This document shows positions 1 to 10,503 of a stretch of DNA of 64,000 bases, piece after piece. The position numbers and the translations under genes were made by a program. The notes under the pieces are model-generated. The model was not told where the DNA came from. It was given only the letters and a program-made list of their open reading frames with translations, and did no database searches. The DNA lies in assembly GCA_945860915.1 (NCBI GenBank), contig CAMARR010000007.1, positions 37,010 to 101,009 of the forward strand, written 5' to 3'. Positions within the stretch are counted from its first letter, which is position 1; each line of letters starts with the position of its first letter. Source of the stretch: Candidatus Kuenenia stuttgartensis (lineage in GTDB: Bacteria; Planctomycetota; GCA-002687715; CAIWVZ01).

Positions 1-18
1 CGGTGGAATCGGTTTCGG

Positions 19-1083
19 TCATCGTGGAGTTCTGCGGATGCGCTCTGAAAGTTCGTTTGCCTCCGCGGTATGTGTCTGATCCGCCGAAGCGACCTTTGCA
101 AGAAGCTCGACGAGACGGTCCACTATGGCCTTCGGCTGGGTGATTCCGGCCTCTGGAGGGGCGGGGATGCTAAGTGCGACCCGCAGCACGGACAAGCAAC
201 CAGCCACATCCTTGGCTGCAAAACGACTCTCGGCGACATGTGTCAGGCCTGGCAAAGCAGCCTGGAAGAGGGTCGTCTCAAGCGCCCCGGCCTCCCCTAG
301 TGCCTTGGCGTCGCCAAGAAGGGTTCTGAGCCGAGTTCCGGCATCAACAAGGGCCTCTGATGCACCCTTATCCAGCGCGGCATCCAAGCTTGCCCACGCC
401 TCTGCGAGGCTCCGCGCCAAGCTCTTTTCCATTCTGAGGGCCGCATCGGCGGCCTTTCGGAGTGCTTCCGAAGAAAGTCTACGATCACCGTCTCGCGACA
501 AGAGTTCGATTCCCCTCAGTCGCCAGGCCTCGACGGCCCCGACACGAATTTCACCTGACCCCGGCGCACGCCTCATACCCTCGTCCAACCAACGCGCGGC
601 GAACTCAATCGGCGTTGCCTTCAACGAACGCTCGATCCGCGCTGCAACCGCCGGATCAGACACCCAAGGCTCCATAAGGAGAACACCGGCGCTGAGGCAT
701 AGTTCGGGCGCGGTGCTACGTGCGGCTGCGCGTTCGAGGATTCGCAGGGCTTCGACGACACGAATGGCCCTCACCGATGGAGATGATTCGCGGCTTCCGA
801 TGTCATACGCAACGACATGCGCACGGAATGCCGCAGCTCGCCAATCAGCTCCATCTGCCGACTCGAGTTGACGCAATGCAGAAAGGGCATCGAGATACTG
901 ACGCGCCGCAAGTGCGCCTCCGACCTCGATCCAAAGGACGTGGCGCCAGATGGGACGAAATGCGCCCTTCGCCATGTCAATAAGCGATCCACTCATCTCG
1001 CCAGTGGGCAGTTCTTCCGTGTCGTGAGGAATAAAGGCTGCGAAGATGAACGCTGCCGCTCCGACCGTCCATGTTGACTTCAT
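19..1083 (-). CDS. Membrane-anchored helical (TPR-like) hypothetical protein, third gene of an ABC transporter operon
   Basis: ORF 19..1140; likely start ATG 1083 (MKSTWTVGAAAFIFAAFIP, hydrophobic N-terminus) overlapping the upstream stop (ATGA); Ala/Leu-rich helical body. Confidence 0.6.
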   Translation of the reverse strand: MKSTWTVGAAAFIFAAFIPHDTEELPTGEMSGSLIDMAKGAFRPIWRHVLWIEVGGALAARQYLDALSALRQLESADGADWRAAAFRAHVVAYDIGSRESSPSVRAIRVVEALRILERAAARSTAPELCLSAGVLLMEPWVSDPAVAARIERSLKATPIEFAARWLDEGMRRAPGSGEIRVGAVEAWRLRGIELLSRDGDRRLSSEALRKAADAALRMEKSLARSLAEAWASLDAALDKGASEALVDAGTRLRTLLGDAKALGEAGALETTLFQAALPGLTHVAESRFAAKDVAGCLSVLRVALSIPAPPEAGITQPKAIVDRLVELLAKVASADQTHTAEANELSERIRRTPR

Positions 1084-2204
1084 GCGACGTCCTTCCGACT
1101 GTCGCTGCGCGGAGGGACTCCGATGGCGAGCATGGTCCATAGCATCGCGTGGGCCAACGACTCATTCACCATCCCCCAAGTCGGTGCCAGTCCCGCACGG
1201 AACTCGGTGCTCGGATCGACGGGTGTCGCCCCGGGAAGCCATCTGCCAATCAACTCAATCCACTGTGGAACATCCGCACGATGAGTCATCAGCGCTGAGG
1301 CAAGGGTCGCAACGACGATTCCAGATGTCACCGCTAGAGCGCTATGGACGTGGCCTGACATCAACATGACGAACGAAGCAACGCCGATGCCCATCGCCGC
1401 CATGATCAGGGCACCTCGGAACAAGGCTCCGAAGGTCGGCACGGGAGCTCCCGAGACAACCACGCCGCCGGGAACAGCCAAGAGACTGGCAGAAGTTGCG
1501 GGATCTGTGAATTCCAAGTGCAACTTCGTCGTTTTCTGGGTACAGCTCACGGTCTCGACGAGTCTGCCGATTCCGTCCGGACGCACGATCCGCTCCCGCC
1601 ATGGCGAGTCATCGGTTCGATAGCGCATCGTAAGGGACGGAGGCCCAGAAGGTCCGTCGGTAGCTGCCGTCACCCGAAAAGTTGCTGCAACACGAAGTGT
1701 GCCGGCAACTGTTGCCTCTCGGGCGATGGGAATAGTCAGCCTAATCGGAGACTTCTTTGCGCAACTCAAGCCCTCATGGTTGCGCCACACGGGCGTGTGC
1801 AGGATCGATGCTCCGTGAACTTCGACAGGACCATGCCGCCATCGCAGCCACGACGAAGTCTCTGCAGCACCCGCGGAGGCCACGACTGAAATCAGGAGCC
1901 AAGATGCACCGAGATGTCCAGAAACCGTGATTCGATCGCCCGCGAGACGCGCCTCAGCGCGTCTCGCATGTGCCGCACCTCCCATGATGGGGAGCAACGC
2001 TCCTGCAACTAGCGACACCCACCCAATCACACCCAGCGCGAACGAAGCATCGTCTCGCCAAGCGAGGATGTCCGAACCGATGGCAAGGCTCGGCGGAAGG
2101 GCGAGGAGCGAAAGCCCCAGCACCATGAGAGCCACGATCAAGAGCGGGCCTCGAATCCAGCGCGCAACAGCTACTCGTGCGATTCCGAGCAGAGCTCGCG
2201 TCAC
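1080..2204 (-). CDS. ABC transporter permease-like membrane protein with an extracytoplasmic domain
   Basis: Several hydrophobic segments flanking a soluble domain; GTG at 2204 overlaps the ATPase stop (GTGA). Confidence 0.65.
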   Translation of the reverse strand: MTRALLGIARVAVARWIRGPLLIVALMVLGLSLLALPPSLAIGSDILAWRDDASFALGVIGWVSLVAGALLPIMGGAAHARRAEARLAGDRITVSGHLGASWLLISVVASAGAAETSSWLRWRHGPVEVHGASILHTPVWRNHEGLSCAKKSPIRLTIPIAREATVAGTLRVAATFRVTAATDGPSGPPSLTMRYRTDDSPWRERIVRPDGIGRLVETVSCTQKTTKLHLEFTDPATSASLLAVPGGVVVSGAPVPTFGALFRGALIMAAMGIGVASFVMLMSGHVHSALAVTSGIVVATLASALMTHRADVPQWIELIGRWLPGATPVDPSTEFRAGLAPTWGMVNESLAHAMLWTMLAIGVPPRSDSRKDVA

Positions 2205-3025
2205 GTTGTTGACTCGCGTCTTGGAGCATCCGGATAGAGCCACGCTTCCAGCTCAACCTCGGGGATTCCACACGGCTCAAGCGACAAGCCAACAGATCTC
2301 GCGCGGTCCTGAATCGCGGCCGAATCGGCACCGTCGCGCACCAAGAATCCATGGACTCCGACGCGCGAGGCGAGTTCCGTCGCATTCCCCTGCCAAGACG
2401 CGTGATGGCCTTCAATCAACAATATCTTGGTTGCAAGCCGCAATGCATGTCCAACGACATGCGTTGCGACAACAAGGCAGCGCCCCTTCAAGCGAGCTTC
2501 CTCTAGGACTGAAAGGAATACGCGGCCGCCCCCGGGATCGATTCCTGAATCGGCTTCGTCGAGAATCCACACGGGCGGGTCAACAGCGACGAGAGCAGCC
2601 AATTCAACTCGGCGGACCTGCCCCTTACTCATATTCGAGACTCGAACTCGCTCGAGTTCTTGAACTCCAGTGCGAAGCAACGCCGCCTTGACGACGTCGT
2701 GGCTCAACTTCTTGCCATGCAAATCGGCGGCATACCGCAGGTACTCAGAAGCCGTAAGGAAGCCGGGTGCCGCGGGGTGTTCGCCGACGAATCCGAGCTT
2801 GCGTCGAACATCCGCGCTCCGAGGATCGCCGCCACATATGCGGATCCGCCCCTCCTTCGGGTTCAATTCCCCTGCCAAGAGTCGAAGAAATGTCGTCTTA
2901 CCAGCGCCGTTCCGTCCGAGCACCGCGACAGCTTCGCCCGGCGCAACGGTCAGAGTCAAACCCTCTAGAACCGGAGCTTTGTACGAGAAGCTCACCGCAT
3001 CGGCGATAATTGAAGCTGCATCCAC
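2201..3025 (-). CDS. ABC transporter ATP-binding protein
   Basis: Walker A GRNGAGKTT, signature MSKGQ, Walker B WILDE, H-loop ATH. Confidence 0.95.
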   Translation of the reverse strand: MDAASIIADAVSFSYKAPVLEGLTLTVAPGEAVAVLGRNGAGKTTFLRLLAGELNPKEGRIRICGGDPRSADVRRKLGFVGEHPAAPGFLTASEYLRYAADLHGKKLSHDVVKAALLRTGVQELERVRVSNMSKGQVRRVELAALVAVDPPVWILDEADSGIDPGGGRVFLSVLEEARLKGRCLVVATHVVGHALRLATKILLIEGHHASWQGNATELASRVGVHGFLVRDGADSAAIQDRARSVGLSLEPCGIPEVELEAWLYPDAPRRESTT

Positions 3026-3088
3026 GCCGCCATGCTAGCGCAAAGGACCTCCTTCCCGTGGAGCGCCTCATCTCATATGGTGGGGGCA

Positions 3089-3628
3089 ATGGCACGCCTT
3101 GTCGTCATCGCCGGCCCTGACTTGGGCAAGACCTTCGAGCTCTCCGACACCCAGATTCTAGGGCGTGACCGCGATGCCACGTTCCCATTGGCGGACAACG
3201 GCACGTCGCGCAAGCACATCCGCGTCTCGCGCTCCACCGACGGATATTCGGTGATTGATCTGGAGTCGAAGAACGGAACCTGGGTAAACGGTGATCGCAT
3301 CAGCCGTTCTTCGCTCTCCGAAGGCGACGTCATCGTCATCGGAGAGACCCACCTGCGGATCGAAGATGTGCGCGTCACGCCATCCGCCGTCCCGCCCCCC
3401 CGCCCTTCCCCCCAAGGAAGCCAGGGTGTCGAGGTGCGAACGGCAGCCGGCAAGATCGGGGAAAAGGCGCTCACCTCGAAGAAGGCGCCGGGCCATGGCA
3501 CGCTGGACGTTGACCTCAGTCAATACAGTCCTATGGTCCGGTGGCTCGTCATTCTTGGTGTCGCGTCAGTCGTACTTCTCATCGCATGGCTCGCCTGGAA
3601 AGCGGGCGGCGGAACCATGCCCTCCTGA
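3089..3628 (+). CDS. FHA domain protein with C-terminal transmembrane helix
   Basis: FHA motifs LGR, SRKH, DLESKNGTWVNG; Pro-rich linker; TM WLVILGVASVVLLIAWLAW; start ATG 3089 preferred within ORF 3032..3628. Confidence 0.9.
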   Translation: MARLVVIAGPDLGKTFELSDTQILGRDRDATFPLADNGTSRKHIRVSRSTDGYSVIDLESKNGTWVNGDRISRSSLSEGDVIVIGETHLRIEDVRVTPSAVPPPRPSPQGSQGVEVRTAAGKIGEKALTSKKAPGHGTLDVDLSQYSPMVRWLVILGVASVVLLIAWLAWKAGGGTMPS

Positions 3629-3631
3629 TAC

Positions 3632-4675
3632 TCAGAGCGCCAGCGTGGCCACCGACGCGCGCAATGCAACGTCGAGAGCTGCTGGACCAAACTTCTCGGC
3701 CTGCTCTCGTGCTTCAAAACACCTTGCCGCCTGTTGGATAGAGCTCGCGTTTATCGCTCTCTCGAGTTCGACCCACGCCTGTTCGACATCGCCAGGGGTG
3801 AAGTACGACGCAGCCATTCCGAGAACTTCGCGATGTGCGGGGATTCCGGAAGCTACGACGAACCCTCCGACCGCCAGCGCTTCGAGCCCGACGAGACCGA
3901 ACCCCTCAAGCCTTGATGGACACAACACTGCCGAAGCTCTCGCAAAAAGGGCATCCCGTAGCGTGTCATTGACCGCTCCAACATCGATCCACGGCCCGTC
4001 AATGCGACCTCGTCCGGCACGCACCATGACCATCGGACTGACGAGTCGTTTGGACACCGCCGCGACTAAATCCCAGTCCTTCCGCGCTTCAGGATGCCCC
4101 ATCGCAACAACGAATCGCGGCGGCAAGTCGGGAAGATCGACGGCCCGAACTTCCTTGAGCGATCGCATCACGACGATATTCGGAACGACATCGATACGGC
4201 CAATGGAATCTGGAATCAGCTCAGCGAGCGAAGTGGCTGTCGCCGCTGTAGGCACGTGAATGCGTCTGGCTGCAACCACAGCGCGGGACGCAGCCCTGTG
4301 CCAAAGCCATCGGGTAACGCCGGGATCGACTTCCTTGCGAAGGTCGTGAATGGTGACGATCGTCGGCACTGTCTCACGTGCCATCCATGGCAACGCCTCC
4401 GTCATGACAAGATCGGCGCGCGAAGTCTTAACTGCCGAGAGAATACGCGTATCCCCCGCCCGCCAACGCGCCCACGGGCCTCGCGGAGGGTTCGGATCCT
4501 GCACCCATTCGACGTCAAGGCCTTTCCAAGTTTCTTGGTCCCGCAATGCAACGCCATGCCACACGACGACGGCGTGGCCGATGCGGTGGAGCGATTTCGC
4601 GACCGCTACGAGCCGAGTGGCACTCCCAGACGGGCCTCCGTCGAGAGCGGTGGCGTCAAGTAGGACTCGACTCAT
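3632..4675 (-). CDS. Glycosyltransferase family 4 (GT-B)
   Basis: TIHDL, PEARKD, PSRLEGFGLVGLEALAVG (E-x7-E); TGATG coupling with upstream gene. Confidence 0.9.
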   Translation of the reverse strand: MSRVLLDATALDGGPSGSATRLVAVAKSLHRIGHAVVVWHGVALRDQETWKGLDVEWVQDPNPPRGPWARWRAGDTRILSAVKTSRADLVMTEALPWMARETVPTIVTIHDLRKEVDPGVTRWLWHRAASRAVVAARRIHVPTAATATSLAELIPDSIGRIDVVPNIVVMRSLKEVRAVDLPDLPPRFVVAMGHPEARKDWDLVAAVSKRLVSPMVMVRAGRGRIDGPWIDVGAVNDTLRDALFARASAVLCPSRLEGFGLVGLEALAVGGFVVASGIPAHREVLGMAASYFTPGDVEQAWVELERAINASSIQQAARCFEAREQAEKFGPAALDVALRASVATLAL

Positions 4676-5823
4676 CAGAACCTCCCAACGCACGAACGAT
4701 ATGCGGCCATTGTCCGTTCGCCACAAAGTCTCCAGGTTGACGCCGCGGCAAAGGCCCGCCCAAACGACTGCGCCAGGATGCGTGCCCTTGGATCATCCAC
4801 TGCAGTCAACAGGGCCTCGACCCAGCGGGACTCGTCATGTGGGTCGCAATACACAGCGTGCGATCCGCCGACCTCGTGCAGAACGGCCAAGTCGGACAGT
4901 ACAACCGGAATCCCGGCGGCCATACCCTCAATCGCCGGCAGCCCATACCCCTCATGAAGCGTCGGGAATGCGAGTGCTGCGGCGTCTTGAACCAGCGCGG
5001 CGCAGACCTCATCGGAGACGTCCCCGAGCCATCTGACGGAATCGCGGGCAGGACTTTGACTAATTTCGTCAAGGACTTCGTGGTGTCGCCAGCCCCGGCG
5101 CCCGAGAAGCACGAGCCCGAGTCCGCCCCGGATGGCCGCCGCCCGCGCATGAGCCCGCACCAACATGCGCACGTTCTTTCGAGGCTCGAGTGTGCCCAAG
5201 TGAATGACGTAGGGCACCGACAATCCATGCAGCAAACGCGCTTGGTCGAGAGTCTCAGCTCTCGCGGGAATGGAAAACAGGGGATCTGGAGCGAGCGGAG
5301 TGACATGAACTCGATCGGGTTGCAGCGACAAGAAATCGATGAGCTCATCTCGCGCAGCCTGGCTAATCGTGATGACTTCCGGCCGGGTCGCGACGAGGTC
5401 TCGCACTGCCAATTCCATTTTCCGTGATTGACCAGAATCGACATGGCCAAGATCCGCGCGCCAGGCGGCGTCGTAGAGTGTCACGACGCGAGGTAACTTC
5501 CTGCACGGCGTCACGAAATAGTCGGTGTCGTGAAACAGCTGAGCGCGGCTCAGCATTCTGTCCGCAGAGAACCCGATCGACGCCAGCGAACCCCAAAGGC
5601 GAGCGGGAAGCGCCATCCCATGCACGGAAACGCGCGGGCTTGCGACGGGTGGATACTTCGCGATGCGCTCCGCTCGGCCACGCATGAAGACGGCGAGAAG
5701 TTCGAGTCGAATTGACGAATCTGCCTCGATGATTCCGGCGACCATGTTGCGAACATAACGACCGATGCCGAAAGCCCGAAACAACGCCGGACGCCAATCA
5801 ATGGCTACGGTGTGAAGCGGCAT
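4675..5823 (-). CDS. Glycosyltransferase family 4 (GT-B)
   Basis: GIGRY, GTLEPRKN, PTLHEGYGLPAIEGMAAG; start ATG 5823. Confidence 0.92.
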   Translation of the reverse strand: MPLHTVAIDWRPALFRAFGIGRYVRNMVAGIIEADSSIRLELLAVFMRGRAERIAKYPPVASPRVSVHGMALPARLWGSLASIGFSADRMLSRAQLFHDTDYFVTPCRKLPRVVTLYDAAWRADLGHVDSGQSRKMELAVRDLVATRPEVITISQAARDELIDFLSLQPDRVHVTPLAPDPLFSIPARAETLDQARLLHGLSVPYVIHLGTLEPRKNVRMLVRAHARAAAIRGGLGLVLLGRRGWRHHEVLDEISQSPARDSVRWLGDVSDEVCAALVQDAAALAFPTLHEGYGLPAIEGMAAGIPVVLSDLAVLHEVGGSHAVYCDPHDESRWVEALLTAVDDPRARILAQSFGRAFAAASTWRLCGERTMAAYRSCVGRF

Positions 5824-7109
5824 CAGGTGTCTTCTCGTTCCTTCATCGCGGAGAGAAGTGTGACACACGCGACGACCGCCGTCAGGAGCTCGGCCACCAT
5901 GAGTCCCATCGCAGCGCCCCGGGGTCCGACGCTCGGAATAAGCCACCATGCAACGCCGATGTTGGCCAATAGAGCGAAAAGCACGAGATACATAAGTGAC
6001 TTCTCGCGTCCGATGGCAACAAGTGCGGTGGTCGCGGGTGCGCCGACACAGATAGCGCCGAAGGCAACGCCTGCGTAGGCCATGACCGAGGCTGCGTCAC
6101 CGCCCGGCGCGAGATACTTGCCACCGTACAGCCACTCAACGACGAGCCGACCGCAGAGTGATGTCACGAGAACGCCGCCGATTCCCGCGAGAAGTCCCAA
6201 TCCAAGTGCCCGACGAATCAACAGGTCGAACTTCGGCCGGTCCTTGTGCCATGCAGAGGCGAGCGCCGGGAGCAGAGGCTGCGACATTGAGGCAACCAAA
6301 AGACTAAATGGATTGGTCAGTCGGAATGCCGCCCCATACGCGCCGAGTGCGCCGGGCGCCGCAAGAGATTCGACGAGGATCACGCCGATGTGAGTCGACG
6401 CGGTGATTGCGAGCGTGGTGACGGCTTGGGACGAGGTCGCCGACAGTGTGCCGCGTAACTGCGCCGCCGGCCAAGCGCAGGCAGGACCAATCCCATGACG
6501 CAGCGAAGCCCAAGCCCCAAGCATCCATGGGCCAAGTGTCTCGCGAACCATGTGGAGGCACGCGAATGACGCTGGCGGTATTCCAACCGCGAGTCCAACC
6601 CATGCGATCACCAAAAACAACAACTGAGTGAATGAGGAAATCGCCGACACCGGTCCGAGGTCTTGCCGAACGAGAAACACCACTCCCAAAATTGAGGGAG
6701 CCAGCAATGGAAATGTTGCCGCGACTCCGATCAACCACGCCTGCTCTGCGCCCGTTTTACGTACGACTGCGTAGGCTAGGACGGCAAGGCCCACCACCAC
6801 CCCAGCACCCACCCGGTACCCCATCGCTTGCGCCAGGAGCGGGCGCTCCAAACTGGGGTCCCGCGAGACATCGCGGGTCACAATAGTCCCGAGGCCGTGG
6901 TCCATGGCCACTTGACCGAAGGCGTAAATCGATGCCACAAGCGTAATGAAGCCGAACGCTTGCTCGCTGAGCGCCTTCCCCAAAAGGGATGTCGCCACAA
7001 TCGCAAGGAAGAATCGCCATGTCTCGCGGGCGAGGATCCACCCCGAACTGCGGGCGACAGCGGCGGCGCGGGGCGTTGCAACAGGCGAAGATAGGCTCAC
7101 GAGGTCCAT
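5823..7109 (-). CDS. Oligosaccharide flippase (Wzx / MOP superfamily)
   Basis: Many TM segments, DHGL..IVTRDV, GAYGAAFRL, LIPSVGPRGAA; adjacent to two GTs; start ATG 7109. Confidence 0.85.
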   Translation of the reverse strand: MDLVSLSSPVATPRAAAVARSSGWILARETWRFFLAIVATSLLGKALSEQAFGFITLVASIYAFGQVAMDHGLGTIVTRDVSRDPSLERPLLAQAMGYRVGAGVVVGLAVLAYAVVRKTGAEQAWLIGVAATFPLLAPSILGVVFLVRQDLGPVSAISSFTQLLFLVIAWVGLAVGIPPASFACLHMVRETLGPWMLGAWASLRHGIGPACAWPAAQLRGTLSATSSQAVTTLAITASTHIGVILVESLAAPGALGAYGAAFRLTNPFSLLVASMSQPLLPALASAWHKDRPKFDLLIRRALGLGLLAGIGGVLVTSLCGRLVVEWLYGGKYLAPGGDAASVMAYAGVAFGAICVGAPATTALVAIGREKSLMYLVLFALLANIGVAWWLIPSVGPRGAAMGLMVAELLTAVVACVTLLSAMKEREDT

Positions 7110-7171
7110 CGTAGCCGTTTCGCAAGTTCTCCCGGCTTGGGGTCGTGCGACGCACCCCCTACGATCCATAC

Positions 7172-8716
7172 ATGGACTCGACGCTGACGCTCGATGGACT
7201 CTCCCTGAACCTGCGTGCCGCGTGCGCGGCTGCGCGATTAACCCGACCCAAGATTGCGATCTGCCCTGCGGCGCGTGTTCGTGCACGCGCTGCTCGCAGC
7301 CTTGTGGAACGCATCCTCGCAGAGGGGCGAACTGCGTACGGCATCAATACGGGCTTTGGAAAGTTGGCCACCACCCCAATCCCGCGCGAAAGTCTGAAAG
7401 AACTTCAGCACAACCTCCTCATCTCACACGCAGTCGGCGTCGGTCCGGAGAGCGCGCCGGAAGTCGTAAGACTCATGCTCATTCTCCGGCTGCAGAACCT
7501 CCTCGTCGGACACTCAGGAGTTCGTGACGAGACGATCGACCTTCTCGCCGCCATGCTGAGTCGCGATGTCCTTCCGTATGTTCCCGAGCAAGGGTCGGTC
7601 GGCGCCTCAGGCGATCTCGCACCTCTCGCGCATCTCGCCCTCGTTCTCGAAGGCCTCGGTGAAGCCCGCTTCGATGGCGAACGCATGTCCGGCGGAGAGG
7701 CATTGGCCCGCGCGGGATTAAAGCCCATTCGACTCGAAGCGAAAGAAGGACTCGCCCTCATCAACGGCACTCAATTTTCTACGGCCATTGCAGCGCTTGC
7801 GCTTGACCGAGCATCATCGCTCGCCGCCATCGCCGACATTGCGTGTGCCCTTAGCCTCGAGGGCTTCGCCGGCAGTATTCGCCCATTCGATGCCCGCATC
7901 GCAGCCCTCCGCCCTCACCCTGGGCATGGAGCAACAGCGCGCAACATCCGGCTGTTGATGAGTGGCTCCGAAATTCTCAATTCGCACAAGGACTGCGCCC
8001 GGGTACAGGATCCCTATTCCTTCCGCTGTGCTCCGCAGGTTCATGGAGCATGTCGAGACGCCCTGACTCACTTGCGTGGCGTCCTCGAACGAGAGATCAA
8101 CTCGGTCACGGATAATCCTCTCCTTTTCCCAGATGATGGGGATGTCATTTCCGGCGGCAATTTCCATGCTGAGCCCATCGCGCTCCCCTGCGACTACGCG
8201 ACGATCGCCGCCGCCGAGTTCGCTTCGATCTCGGAACGTCGTCTAGAGAATCTGGTCAATCCAGACCTTTCGGGGCTTCCGCCCTTCCTCGCAGGGGGCC
8301 GCCCAGGAGTGAACTCGGGGCTCATGATTATTCAGGTCACAGCCGCGGCTTTGGTTAGCGAGAATAAGTCACTGTCGCACCCAGCGTCTGTGGACTCGAT
8401 TCCGACGTCGGCCAGCAAGGAAGACCACGTCAGCATGGCCCCGATCGCGGCTCGAAAGTTCAGATCCGTCCTCGAGAATTCAGCGCAGGTTCTTGCCGCT
8501 GAACTTCTTGCCGCTCGCTTTGCGCTTCATTGGCGTCAACCCATGCGAGCCGGGCGTGGAGTCCAGCCCGCATTCGAGAAATTGCGCGAGTGCATACTTC
8601 CCCCCGGCGACGACCGCGCCTTTGGGAGGGATCACGCTGCGGCGAAAGCACTCATTGACTCGGGTGAACTTCTCGCCGCGGTTGAGTCTGCCGTGGGCCC
8701 TCTCGAACAACCCTGA
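7172..8716 (+). CDS. hutH: Histidine ammonia-lyase
   Basis: YGINTGFG, MIO-forming GSVGASGDLAPL, KEGLALINGT, QDPYSFRC, GGNFH, EDHVSM; next to hutU. Confidence 0.97.
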   Translation: MDSTLTLDGLSLNLRAACAAARLTRPKIAICPAARVRARAARSLVERILAEGRTAYGINTGFGKLATTPIPRESLKELQHNLLISHAVGVGPESAPEVVRLMLILRLQNLLVGHSGVRDETIDLLAAMLSRDVLPYVPEQGSVGASGDLAPLAHLALVLEGLGEARFDGERMSGGEALARAGLKPIRLEAKEGLALINGTQFSTAIAALALDRASSLAAIADIACALSLEGFAGSIRPFDARIAALRPHPGHGATARNIRLLMSGSEILNSHKDCARVQDPYSFRCAPQVHGACRDALTHLRGVLEREINSVTDNPLLFPDDGDVISGGNFHAEPIALPCDYATIAAAEFASISERRLENLVNPDLSGLPPFLAGGRPGVNSGLMIIQVTAAALVSENKSLSHPASVDSIPTSASKEDHVSMAPIAARKFRSVLENSAQVLAAELLAARFALHWRQPMRAGRGVQPAFEKLRECILPPGDDRAFGRDHAAAKALIDSGELLAAVESAVGPLEQP

Positions 8717-8744
8717 CTTCTGAACAAGGCTTAGAACCACGAAC

Positions 8745-10403
8745 ATGGCAACGAGCAAGATTTACCGCGCCCCAACGGGAAACACCCTTTCATGCAAGTC
8801 CTGGCCGATCGAAGCGGCCTATCGCATGATTCAGAACAATCTCGATCCGGACGTCGCTGAAGACCCGGCGAACCTCGTGGTGTATGGGGGGTCGGGCAAA
8901 GCCGCGCGGTCGCCCGAGGCGCTCGAGGCGATCTTGCGAACGCTGCGCACCATGAACGTCGACGACACCCTGCTTGTCCAGTCAGGCAAACCGGTTGGAG
9001 TCTTCAGAACACATGCGGACGCACCACGCGTCCTCATCGCGAATTCCAACCTGGTTGGAAAATGGGCTACATGGGAGCACTTCCGCGATCTAGAGCGTCG
9101 TGGGCTCATCATGTTCGGACAGATGACGGCGGGCTCATGGATTTACATCGGATCTCAAGGCATCGTTCAAGGGACCTATGAGACGTTCGCCGCATGCGCT
9201 GATCGCCACTTCGGTGGATCTCTTAAGCAACGACTCGTGGTCACCGGCGGGCTTGGGGGCATGGGTGGCGCGCAGCCCCTCGCCGCGTGCCTTACGGGCG
9301 CAACGTGTCTCGCAGCCGAGGTTGATCCTAGCCGTGTCGAGAAACGACTGAAGACACGCTATCTCGATGAAGCAACGCCAAGCCTCGACGAAGCCATCGC
9401 CCGTGCGCTGGCATGCAAGGCCAAAGGTGAAGCTCGTTCGATCGCCTACATCGGCAATGTGATTGACCTTCTTCGCGCATTGAAAGACCGGGGCATCACG
9501 CCCGATATTCTCACCGATCAAACGTCCGCCCACGATCCGCTCTTGGGCTACGTGCCTGACGGAACGACTCTAGCGGATGCTGTTTCGATGCGGCAATCCG
9601 ACCCAGTTGGCTACCAGAAGTTGTCCGTCGCCGGCATGGTTCGCCACATTCAGTTGATGCTTGATCTCAAGCGGCGCGGAGCGGTGACTTTTGACTACGG
9701 CAACAACCTACGCGGGCAAGCCGAGGCCGCAGGTGCCACCGAGGCCTTCGAGATTCCCGGATTCATCCCCGAGTACATCCGCCCCTTGTTCTGTGAAGGC
9801 CGAGGTCCATTTCGGTGGGTTGCTCTGTCGGGCGACCCGGCCGATATCCACAAGACGGATGAAGTCATCCTTAACGAGTTCTCGCACTTGACGTCACTCT
9901 GTCGATGGATCCGGCTCGCGCGTGAACGCATTGCGTTCCAAGGGCTGCCAGCTCGCATTTGCTGGCTCGGATACGGCGACCGCGCAAAATTCGGATTGAG
10001 AATAAATGACATGGTGCGCACGGGCGAGCTCAGCGCGCCGATCGTGATTGGCCGCGACCATCTCGACTGCGGATCCGTCGCGTCTCCAAATCGTGAATCG
10101 GAGGCAATGAAAGACGGAACCGATGCGGTGGCAGACTGGCCGATCCTCAACGCGCTCGTCAACACGGCAGGCGGAGCAACCTGGGTTTCATTCCATCACG
10201 GCGGCGGCGTCGGAATCGGCTATTCGTTGCATGCGGGACAGGTCATCGTGGCCGATGGCACCGAGGCCGCTGCCCGCCGAATTGAGCGCGTGTTGACATC
10301 GGACCCGGGAATGGGCGTCATCCGACACGCGGATGCGGGATATGAGGACGCAATCGCATTCGCCGAGAAGGCCGGGGTCCGGATCCCGATGCGAGAGTCG
10401 TAG
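8745..10403 (+). CDS. hutU: Urocanate hydratase
   Basis: [62 protein letters not shown]. Confidence 0.98.
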   Translation: MATSKIYRAPTGNTLSCKSWPIEAAYRMIQNNLDPDVAEDPANLVVYGGSGKAARSPEALEAILRTLRTMNVDDTLLVQSGKPVGVFRTHADAPRVLIANSNLVGKWATWEHFRDLERRGLIMFGQMTAGSWIYIGSQGIVQGTYETFAACADRHFGGSLKQRLVVTGGLGGMGGAQPLAACLTGATCLAAEVDPSRVEKRLKTRYLDEATPSLDEAIARALACKAKGEARSIAYIGNVIDLLRALKDRGITPDILTDQTSAHDPLLGYVPDGTTLADAVSMRQSDPVGYQKLSVAGMVRHIQLMLDLKRRGAVTFDYGNNLRGQAEAAGATEAFEIPGFIPEYIRPLFCEGRGPFRWVALSGDPADIHKTDEVILNEFSHLTSLCRWIRLARERIAFQGLPARICWLGYGDRAKFGLRINDMVRTGELSAPIVIGRDHLDCGSVASPNRESEAMKDGTDAVADWPILNALVNTAGGATWVSFHHGGGVGIGYSLHAGQVIVADGTEAAARRIERVLTSDPGMGVIRHADAGYEDAIAFAEKAGVRIPMRES

Positions 10404-10503
10404 GGCGGCTTACGACCATAACCTGCGTATCTTTACGTAAATAGTTTATATACTTTAGTGCCGATACACCTCCTTGTCGGGATTCCCGGCCCTTGGAGGT
10501 TCT

